From the NCBI GenBank assembly GCA_963667255.1, contig OY762940.1:1440001-1504000 (forward strand): DNA of 64,000 nucleotides, given 5' to 3'. This document shows, one piece after another, positions 33,270 to 40,825 of this stretch (positions are counted from its first letter, which is position 1; each line of letters starts with the position of its first letter). The DNA is from Candidatus Cloacimonadota bacterium. GTDB taxonomy: Bacteria > Cloacimonadota > Cloacimonadia > G963667145. The translations under genes and the position numbers were made by a program. The notes under the pieces are model-generated. The model had not been told where the DNA came from. It worked only from the letters and a program-made list of their open reading frames with translations, and did not search any database.

Positions 33270-34482
33270 TCATCAAACTCGATAATCTCGTGGCTATCTC
33301 TTCCAAAAACTCTTTGCCATTCACGACTTTGAGGTTGTCGGACTCCGCAAAAGGTGCTAATTCGCCTGTCATCACACCGGCTTCGATAGTTGACACCACG
33401 GCTTGCTCCAACTTGCCTGCAAAACCAACCAACTCGTCGTTGCCGTCCAGCTGACCTCGCTTGCTCAACGCTCCGCTCCAAGCATAGATAAGTGCCGTAG
33501 AATTTATGGAGACCTCCGCACCTTTCAGATACAGATAATACAAATCTTGCACCGTGCCATGAGCAGCGTCATAGAGATAATATCCGTGAGGCGACACCAA
33601 AACCGAACTCATCATCGCCAAGGAACCGTAAGCAGAAGCCAACATATCGCTCATAACATCGCCGTCATAGTTTTTGCAAGCCCAAAGCACTCCACCTTCG
33701 GACTGCATCACTTTGGCAACTGCTCCGTCTATCAAGGAATAACGATATTCTATGCCCACGGCGGAAAACTTCTCGCGGTAATTTTCGTCATAGAGTTGTT
33801 GGAAAATATCCATAAAATGATGGTCGTAAGTCTTGGAAATCGTGTCTTTTGCGGAAAACCACAAATCAACTTTTTGGTCTAACGCATACTCAAAACAGCT
33901 GATGGCAAAAGAGGTTATCGACGAAGTCAGATTGTGCATTCCTTGCAAAACTCCGGTGGACTTGCCGTCAAACTCAGCGATAAGCTCGCGGGTCTCCACC
34001 CCTTTGTCATCAGTGAAAACAAGCTCCGCTTTCCCGGGCTTATTCACGAAAATCTCAGCGTTCTTATAAACATCGCCATAAGCGTGCCGACCGATGATTA
34101 TCGGCTTCTTCCAGCTGCGGACAGACGAACGAACATTGCTCACGATTATCGGCTTGCGAAACACAGTTCCGTCCAAAATCGCCCGAATAGTTCCGTTGGG
34201 GCTCTTCCACATTTTTTTCAAATCATACTCTTCCACTCTGGCTTTATTCGGCGTAATCGTCGCATTTTTCACGCCAACCTTGTGCTTTTTCACAGCCTCC
34301 GCAGCCGCAAAAGTTACCTCATCATTCGTGTTATCCCTATTTTTGATATGCAAATCGTAATACTCCGTGTTCAACTCCACAAACGGCTTAATCAGAATAT
34401 CCTTTATCATCGGCCAAACCACACGGGTCATCTCGTCGCCATCCATCTCCACTATCGGATTTGCCATTACTATTTTGTTCAT
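33262..34482 (-). CDS. icd: Isocitrate dehydrogenase, homodimeric type II
   Basis: EMDGDEMTR, ATITP, WKSPNGTIR, CKNYDGDVMSD, AAHGTV. Confidence 0.94.
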   Translation of the reverse strand: MNKIVMANPIVEMDGDEMTRVVWPMIKDILIKPFVELNTEYYDLHIKNRDNTNDEVTFAAAEAVKKHKVGVKNATITPNKARVEEYDLKKMWKSPNGTIRAILDGTVFRKPIIVSNVRSSVRSWKKPIIIGRHAYGDVYKNAEIFVNKPGKAELVFTDDKGVETRELIAEFDGKSTGVLQGMHNLTSSITSFAISCFEYALDQKVDLWFSAKDTISKTYDHHFMDIFQQLYDENYREKFSAVGIEYRYSLIDGAVAKVMQSEGGVLWACKNYDGDVMSDMLASAYGSLAMMSSVLVSPHGYYLYDAAHGTVQDLYYLYLKGAEVSINSTALIYAWSGALSKRGQLDGNDELVGFAGKLEQAVVSTIEAGVMTGELAPFAESDNLKVVNGKEFLEEIATRLSSLMNG

Positions 34483-34670
34483 CTATCTTCGCTCCTTAAA
34501 AATCAATTTATTAAAATCGCTGAGAAATATTGCCACTGTCAATCAAATTCCTATGGAAAACTTCAGTCCAAGCGTTCCGCCAAAATCCTATATTTTCTAT
34601 TTCTTTTTTTATTTGTATTAATTCATATTCAAATTTATTTTTACTAAATTGCAAATTTTATCCTTCACTC

Positions 34671-35948
34671 CTAATTCGCCTGCATAACTTCTATCATCGC
34701 TCTGTCCGCAGCGAACAACCCTCGATTGCTGACTTTCCCGAGATTATGAATAGTGGCACGGAGAGACTCAGCGATGATTCCATCTCCGGCTGCGATGATA
34801 GTCCCCTTGGAGGCAAACAACGCACTGGCAACCGAGAAATACGCTGCCGTGGAGAGTTTAAGTGCACAGCCGTTCTTCGCTCCGTCACAGAGCATGCCGG
34901 CTACATTGCCAAACACATTTTTGACTGCTCCCTCTATCTGTTGCCTGTTGCCACCCATCAACCACACCAATCCAGCAGAACTGGACGCTCCGGCAGACAC
35001 TCCGCAAGAACATATCGGCGACAACCTGCCGATGCTGTTTTTGATATACGAATTGACCACATGCGAAATCGCTACGGCTTTCGCCAGCTTCTCATCATCG
35101 GGATTGTAAATTTTGGCATAAGCCACCAGAGGCAAAATCGCCGTAAGTCCATTGTTGCCACTGCCATTAGAACTCATCACAGGAATATCCGCACCCGACA
35201 TCCGCACATCAGCAGCAGCCGCAGTAAGCTCCGAAGCCATCATCGGCAAGTGATTACCAATCCTGCCCTCTTCCACCAACTCCTTAATCGTGTATCCCAC
35301 ACCCAAACCCATGCGTTGCGACAGCCCAATTTTCGCCACAGCCTCGTTCATCTTCGCACCATCCAACATAAACAGAATCTCCGAAGCAGGAATCTTTTCA
35401 ATCTCTTGAATCAAATCATAAACATCAGCCTCAAAAATCTTGGCAAACTCATCAGCGTCGCCATCGCTGTTTGTGCTCTCTTTTTGTAATACCGTCAAAT
35501 CCCGAACATCGCCATAATCGATAAACTTATCGTGCAAATCGGCTATCGTCGCTTGAAAAGTCCCGTTACCATTTTTGACACGAACTCTGACGAACACCTT
35601 TTTGTCCGTGTCGGCAATAGCAACCTTCACTTTCGGCAAGTGACCGTCTATCTTCGCCATTTTGCTCTCGTCAACGCTGTGCAACACCTCCAAGCCGGCT
35701 TTGGCATCTCCCTGCCAAAATCCAACCAAAGCCGCTACTTCCAACCCTCGTAACGAAGTTCCAGGGATTCCCACAGCCAAACCGTTTTTGAAGATATTCG
35801 CACTCAAAATCAGCTCCATCTGCTCAAAATCGGCAGAGTTACAAAATTGCCTAACTTTAGCCGCAGCCAAAGCAATAGCCACCGGCTCGGTGCAACCCAT
35901 AGCCGGCTTGACCTCTTGCTTCAAAAGTCTCAAAATCAAATCTTTCAT
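34671..35948 (-). CDS. YhaM/CdsB-like L-cysteine desulfidase (serine dehydratase alpha family)
   Basis: PAMGCTEPVAIA, GSGNNG, GRLSPICSC, GMLCDGAK.GCALK. Confidence 0.85.
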   Translation of the reverse strand: MKDLILRLLKQEVKPAMGCTEPVAIALAAAKVRQFCNSADFEQMELILSANIFKNGLAVGIPGTSLRGLEVAALVGFWQGDAKAGLEVLHSVDESKMAKIDGHLPKVKVAIADTDKKVFVRVRVKNGNGTFQATIADLHDKFIDYGDVRDLTVLQKESTNSDGDADEFAKIFEADVYDLIQEIEKIPASEILFMLDGAKMNEAVAKIGLSQRMGLGVGYTIKELVEEGRIGNHLPMMASELTAAAADVRMSGADIPVMSSNGSGNNGLTAILPLVAYAKIYNPDDEKLAKAVAISHVVNSYIKNSIGRLSPICSCGVSAGASSSAGLVWLMGGNRQQIEGAVKNVFGNVAGMLCDGAKNGCALKLSTAAYFSVASALFASKGTIIAAGDGIIAESLRATIHNLGKVSNRGLFAADRAMIEVMQAN

Positions 35949-35968
35949 CTTTATACCAACTTTACTAC

Positions 35969-37882
35969 TTACTGTTTCTTCGATTTCACCCACGCCAATT
36001 TTCCTCCGGCTTTCAATATCTCAGCATCCAAATCCGACAATGTGTGGCAAAGCTCAATTTTTCTCTCTCCGGCAATCATATAGATACTCTCATCTCGCAA
36101 ATCGCCAATCAGCACAAAAATCTCTTGCCCCAAAGCGACATCATCATAATCTTTCGGATTAGCAAAAGTGAGCGGGACAATACCAAAATTTATCAGATTG
36201 GCAAGATGAATCCGAGCAAAACTCTTGGCAATAACAGCCTTAATTCCCAAATACTTGGGAGCAAGAGCCGCATGCTCACGACTGGAGCCTTGACCATAGT
36301 TTTCCCCGGCGAGAACAAATCCACCGTTTTCCGCCAACGCCCGAGAAGAAAACGACTCGTCCACCACTTCAAACACATGCTTGGAAATCTCGGGAATATT
36401 AGAACGCAAAGGCAAAATCTTGGCTCCGGCAGGCATAATGTGGTCAGTAGTAATATTGTCATCCAACTTGAGTAGCACCTTCCCTGTCAGTTCAGACGGT
36501 AACGGACTGAACTCGGGCAACTTCACGATGTTCGGACCTCGCAGAATTTCCACCTCTTCCCCCGATTGAGGCGGAATTATCATATTATCGTTTATGTTAA
36601 ATCTCTCGGGTAACGCAAATTTCGGATAAGCCATGCCAAGAGTTCGCGGGTCAGTAAATTCGCCTTTGATAGCCGTGGCTACAGCAGTCTCGGGAGATAC
36701 AAGATAAACGGCAGCATCTTTAGTCCCACTGCGACCGAAGAAATTGCGATTGTATGTTCGCACACTCACCGCACCACTGCACGGAGCAGCACCCATACCG
36801 ATGCACGCACCGCAAGCGTTCTCCATAATCCTCGCACCACTACGCACCAACGAAGAAAATTTCCCATCATCAATCAAATGGTCTAACACCTGACGACTAC
36901 CGGGATTCACTATCAAATGCAACTTGTCGCTAATAGTTTTCCCATTCAGCACATCAGCCACAACCGACATATCTCGGAGCGACGAGTTGGTGCACGAGCC
37001 GATGCCAACCTGTTGCACTTTCATCCCTGCCAATTCCGCTACAGGCTTCACAGCTCCCGGGCTATGCGGACACGCAGCCAACGGCTCCAACTCGCTCAAA
37101 TCTATCTTGATAATTTTGTCGTAACTAACATCAGCATCCGGCAACAGCTCTACCCATTGATTGCCTCTGCCCTGAGCGATTAAAAACTTTTTGGTTGTTT
37201 CATCAGACGGAAAAATCGAAGTCGTGCAACCCGTTTCCGTTCCCATATTGGTAATAGTCGCTCTGTCCGGCACGCTGAGAGTTTTCACGCCATCGCCAAA
37301 ATATTCGATGATATAGCCGACACCGCCCTTCACATCGATTTGTCGCAAAACCTCCAAAATTACATCTTTGGCACTTACCCAATCGGACAATTTCCCCGTA
37401 AGCTCAATTCCCAAAATTTTCGGATATTTGATGTTGAAACCCTCTCCAGCCATAGCCATGGCGACATCCAGTCCTCCAGCTCCCATAGCCAAAGAACCAA
37501 CTCCCCCCGCTGTAGGCGTGTGCGAATCCGAGCCGATAAGAGTTTTCCCCGGAGCAGCAAATCTCTCCAAATGCACCTGATGACAAATTCCGTTGCCGGG
37601 ACGAGAAAAATACAAGCCGTATTTTGCAGCGACAGATTGCAAATAGCGATGGTCATCGGCGTTGCGAAAATCGGACTGAATCGTATTGTGGTCAACATAG
37701 CTGACGGACAATTCCGTCTTGACTCTCGGCACACCCATAGCCTCAAACTGCAAATACGCAACCGTGCCAGTGGCATCCTGCGTAAGCGTTTGGTCGATTT
37801 TCAAACTCACTTCGTTTCCGATTTTCTCTTCTCCATGCAAGATGTGATTTTTGATGATTTTTTGTGCGATACTAAGCCCCAT
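35969..37882 (-). CDS. acn: Aconitate hydratase (short bacterial form)
   Basis: DQTLTQDATG, GSDSHT, IGSCTN, CGACIG, TTDHI.P, GQGSSREHA. Confidence 0.92.
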   Translation of the reverse strand: MGLSIAQKIIKNHILHGEEKIGNEVSLKIDQTLTQDATGTVAYLQFEAMGVPRVKTELSVSYVDHNTIQSDFRNADDHRYLQSVAAKYGLYFSRPGNGICHQVHLERFAAPGKTLIGSDSHTPTAGGVGSLAMGAGGLDVAMAMAGEGFNIKYPKILGIELTGKLSDWVSAKDVILEVLRQIDVKGGVGYIIEYFGDGVKTLSVPDRATITNMGTETGCTTSIFPSDETTKKFLIAQGRGNQWVELLPDADVSYDKIIKIDLSELEPLAACPHSPGAVKPVAELAGMKVQQVGIGSCTNSSLRDMSVVADVLNGKTISDKLHLIVNPGSRQVLDHLIDDGKFSSLVRSGARIMENACGACIGMGAAPCSGAVSVRTYNRNFFGRSGTKDAAVYLVSPETAVATAIKGEFTDPRTLGMAYPKFALPERFNINDNMIIPPQSGEEVEILRGPNIVKLPEFSPLPSELTGKVLLKLDDNITTDHIMPAGAKILPLRSNIPEISKHVFEVVDESFSSRALAENGGFVLAGENYGQGSSREHAALAPKYLGIKAVIAKSFARIHLANLINFGIVPLTFANPKDYDDVALGQEIFVLIGDLRDESIYMIAGERKIELCHTLSDLDAEILKAGGKLAWVKSKKQ

Positions 37883-37989
37883 GTCTCTCTCCTCTATACA
37901 ATAAACTTTATTTTGATGACATAAATTTAATACCGTCAAAATCACAGTTCTTTAAAATTTGGCAAGAAAATTTGATTTGCCTTTTTTTC

Positions 37990-38084
37990 CTCGCTCCCAA
38001 GCTCCAGCTTGGGAGTGTATGCTTATCAATAACCTGCTATAAATTAAGTAGATATGCATTCCCAAGCTGGAGCTTGGGAACGAG
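37990..38084. repeat. REP/REPIN-like doublet, family A, most intact copy
   Basis: ctcgctcccaagctccagcttgggagtgtat...atgcattcccaagctggagcttgggaacgag. Confidence 0.85.
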
Positions 38085-38236
38085 GGGGTAAGGCGTGGTG
38101 GTATGAGAATGAGGGTAGTGATGCGAGAATGTAGGCGGTGGGAGGTGCAGGAAGTGGGTGGAACAAAAAACACTGTCGAGTTCCCAACTCGACAGTTACC
38201 TCGTCCTGAAAAAAGTGGACTCTATTAGGAGGAAAC

Positions 38237-38623
38237 TTGGACAAAAGAGAGAAAACTTTTAGATATTCAAAAGCTTTCAGAAATGAGGTTCTAAAGAATG
38301 TCAAAAACAAAAAATTGACGGTTTTGGAAGCGGGTAAATATTATGGAGTGGGATTTCCAACTATTTATCGATGGTTGAAAAAAGCTAATTATGACACGCC
38401 CTGTAAGGAGGTAATTTTTGTGAAACTATCAGATCAGCACTCTGCTTTGCAAGAGATTGAGGAGTTAAAAAAAGAGAATCGTGCTTTAAAAGAGGCTGTG
38501 AGCAAGTTAACGCTCGATAAATTGTGCCTTGAAAAGTGTGTAGAAATTGGTGAGCGGGACTTTGGTATGGAATTAAAAAAAAAGCCCGAAGTACAGGAAT
38601 TGAGGAAATCAGGCAGAAAATAG
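38237..38623 (+). CDS. IS3 OrfA (HTH + coiled coil)
   Basis: RYSKAFR...YGVGFPTIYRWLKK; A9G slippery run at about 38575-38584. Confidence 0.88.
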   Translation: MDKREKTFRYSKAFRNEVLKNVKNKKLTVLEAGKYYGVGFPTIYRWLKKANYDTPCKEVIFVKLSDQHSALQEIEELKKENRALKEAVSKLTLDKLCLEKCVEIGERDFGMELKKKPEVQELRKSGRK

Positions 38624-39468
38624 TGGAGAAAAAGTTCCCTTTTAAAATGAATTCTGTTTGTAAATGGTTTGGGATTAGCAAGTCCGGTTTTTATAAAAAG
38701 AAGAAGCACATCGAAAAAACAAAGAAAATTGAAGATGAGATTTGCTTGCATATAAATGCGTTACGCAAATTTGGACTTATGTGTGGAGCAAGAAAAACCA
38801 AGATTCATTTAAAGGAAGATTTTGACATTATTGTGGGCAGAGATAAATTGTTTGATATTATGAGAGAAAACGATTTGCAAAGTAAATTTATTAGGAAAAA
38901 AGTTCAACATTCCAGTGGAGTTAAGCAAATCTTTGAGAATATGTTAACCGATGAATTTAAGAAATCTGTTACAAAATTTGGGCAAGTAATTGTGACAGAT
39001 ATTACCTATATCAAATTGCCCAATAATAAGTTCTGTTACATTAGTTTAGTTACGGATTTGGCTACCAGAAAAATTTTGGGGTATAATGTGGCTCAAACTC
39101 TTTTGGCTGAAGAGTCGGTTAAGGTTATGCGGAAGACATTGAAAAAATATAAGTTGCCTAAAGATTGCATACATCATAGTGATAAAGGAGTGCAATATAC
39201 GAGCAAATTATACACTGATTTTTTGAAGAAAAATAATTTTAGAATGAGCATGACAGGTGCGGGCAAATGTTATGATAATGCTTGTGCAGAGCGAGTTTTT
39301 AATACTTTGAAGAACGAATTTGGTTTTAATGCTGTTTTTTCAAGTTTGAAGGAAGTGCGAAGAGAGTTGAAGAATTTTGTTGATATTTATAACAATAGAC
39401 GATATCATATGAGTTTGGACTATAGAACACCGCAAAGTGTGTTTTTGGAGATGCAGAAAGCTGCATAA
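38623..39468 (+). CDS. IS3 OrfB (rve integrase), -1 frame relative to OrfA
   Basis: TDITYI, HHSDKGVQY, DNACAER.F.TLK.E, YN..R.H.SL. Confidence 0.92.
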   Translation: MEKKFPFKMNSVCKWFGISKSGFYKKKKHIEKTKKIEDEICLHINALRKFGLMCGARKTKIHLKEDFDIIVGRDKLFDIMRENDLQSKFIRKKVQHSSGVKQIFENMLTDEFKKSVTKFGQVIVTDITYIKLPNNKFCYISLVTDLATRKILGYNVAQTLLAEESVKVMRKTLKKYKLPKDCIHHSDKGVQYTSKLYTDFLKKNNFRMSMTGAGKCYDNACAERVFNTLKNEFGFNAVFSSLKEVRRELKNFVDIYNNRRYHMSLDYRTPQSVFLEMQKAA

Positions 39469-39686
39469 TTAATAAAAAACTGAGTCCACTATTTTAGGAC
39501 TGGACAAGTGCTCCGCAATTATTCATTATTCATTCTTATCTTTTATTTGCTTTTGCTCCCTGTTCTTCTTAGTCCTCTTGCTACTATAATCCTCATACTC
39601 ACTGTCTCTCAAGCACAAGGCTACTCTATTGCTTGGTGTTTTTGTGCTTGGCAAGTGGATATCCTTTCTTACCTATCCTCTTAAAT

Positions 39687-39712
39687 AAAAAAAGCCTCCT
39701 AATCGGAGGCTT
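39687..39712 (-). terminator. Terminator after lipoprotein gene
   Basis: aaaaaagcctcc taatc ggaggctt. Confidence 0.7.
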
Positions 39713-39728
39713 AGTTTCTATTTTTATT

Positions 39729-40178
39729 CTATTGCTTCGTATAGATATCAGCACCTGTCCAACTAGAAGAATTGGTGGCATTATAGAATTTTGAATTTTC
39801 AATCTTATAATATGAAGTCCGAGTTTCTGAGCCACTGCTTGTTTCTGAATTAGAATTATCAATTTGTCCATTTATGTATACTTTTTTTGTATAGTTGTAA
39901 GCAGCAACTAAAGTTTTAGGATTTGTTGAAGTATTCGTAGAAAAAGTCCCTTCCATAGATGTAATTGAATAATAGTTTTCATTAGTAACTTTTTTGCGAT
40001 ATCTAGTAAAACTACCTGAACTACTAACGACTATTCTTTCATAACCATTATTATCTAATGACATATACCATGTACCCACCAAATCAGGGTCAATAGAACT
40101 GTCATTACTCGTAGAGCTACCACATCCAACCACTCCACACAGCATTACTAATACTGTTAATATCATCAATTTTTTCAT
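39729..40178 (-). CDS. AT-rich lipoprotein, possible lipocalin-like beta-barrel
   Basis: MKK + hydrophobic core + VVGC lipobox, Ser-rich linker, LVGTW; RBS gagg. Confidence 0.8.
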   Translation of the reverse strand: MKKLMILTVLVMLCGVVGCGSSTSNDSSIDPDLVGTWYMSLDNNGYERIVVSSSGSFTRYRKKVTNENYYSITSMEGTFSTNTSTNPKTLVAAYNYTKKVYINGQIDNSNSETSSGSETRTSYYKIENSKFYNATNSSSWTGADIYTKQ

Positions 40179-40209
40179 TCTTTCCTCGCTTTTTTTATTT
40201 TTTAAACAC

Positions 40210-40247
40210 AAAAAAAGAGACAGCCCGAAAAATCCGAACTATCTCTT
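40210..40247 (-). terminator. Intrinsic terminator/attenuator in the lipoprotein leader
   Basis: AGAGAUAGUUCGGA-UUU-UUCGGGCUGUCUCU stem followed by U tract, about 30 nt before the lipoprotein start. Confidence 0.8.
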
Positions 40248-40274
40248 AACTTATATAAAATTCTATTGACTACA

Positions 40275-40373
40275 TCATAACCACACAGCCTCGACTGACC
40301 GACTGACCGACTGACCGACTGACCGACTGACCGACTGACCGACTGACCGACTGACCGATTTATTTATTTTCAT
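40275..40373 (-). CDS. Putative repeat-containing leader peptide MKINKSVSRSVGQSVSRSVGQSVSRSVEAVWL
   Basis: ATG 28 nt downstream of TTGACA (40402-40407); spans the 8-bp repeat. Confidence 0.5.
   Translation of the reverse strand: MKINKSVSRSVGQSVSRSVGQSVSRSVEAVWL
40293..40358. repeat. Perfect octamer tandem repeat (GACTGACC) x8
   Basis: Counted directly. Confidence 0.97.
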
Positions 40374-40490
40374 ACAGCAACAATTTGATTATTTTTACAT
40401 CTGTCAACACGAAATTACGAAAAATTACTATATTGTATCAGCATTATGCTTGGGCTTACTGCTACTCCCTTCCCTCTTACCTGCTCGCTC

Positions 40491-40602
40491 CCCTCATGCC
40501 CGTGAAAACGGGTATCCATTCTTGGCTCGTCTCTTAAAAAAAGCAAGTGCCAATGTCCCAACCCTATCCCCGACTGGATTCCCGCCTACGCGGGAATGAG
40601 GG
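40491..40602. repeat. REP/REPIN-like doublet, family B
   Basis: ccctcatgcccgtgaaaacgggtatcca ... tggattcccgcctacgcgggaatgaggg; each arm is a hairpin and the arms are inverted. Confidence 0.75.
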
Positions 40603-40651
40603 AGGTTTGGGATTCCTACCATTCTATTTCTCATGCCCGTTGTCTATCTTG

Positions 40652-40685
40652 CTCTCGCTCCCAAGCTTCAGCCTGGGAGCGAGAG
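40652..40685. repeat. Single family-A REP palindrome
   Basis: ctctcgctcccaagcttcagcctgggagcgagag. Confidence 0.75.
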
Positions 40686-40776
40686 AGAAAAGGCAAACAA
40701 CAAAGATAGTCATACATCGTAAACAACACACAGGTTTCGCAAAACCATTTATAAAGAGAGCAATCCTACCCCAAAT

Positions 40777-40804
40777 AAAAAAGTGAGCCTTTTCAGGCTC
40801 ACTT
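40777..40804 (-). terminator. Terminator after ppdK
   Basis: aaaaaagtgagcct tttc aggctcactt. Confidence 0.8.
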
Positions 40805-40825
40805 CCATTATTATATCTAACTAAA

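Larger units (their letters stand above)
38197..39506 (+). mobile_element. IS3-family insertion sequence
   Basis: IRs tacctcgtcctgaaaaaagtggactc / gagtccactattttaggactggaca; 3-bp TSD AGT; orfA/orfB layout. Confidence 0.9.

Noticed and set aside
38086..38165. G-rich tract upstream of acn as G-quadruplex or riboswitch
   Set aside because: G runs are irregular and widely spaced, and no recognisable aptamer; cannot be supported
40293..40358. Possible CRISPR array
   Set aside because: Contiguous 8-bp units with no spacers; no cas genes in the window
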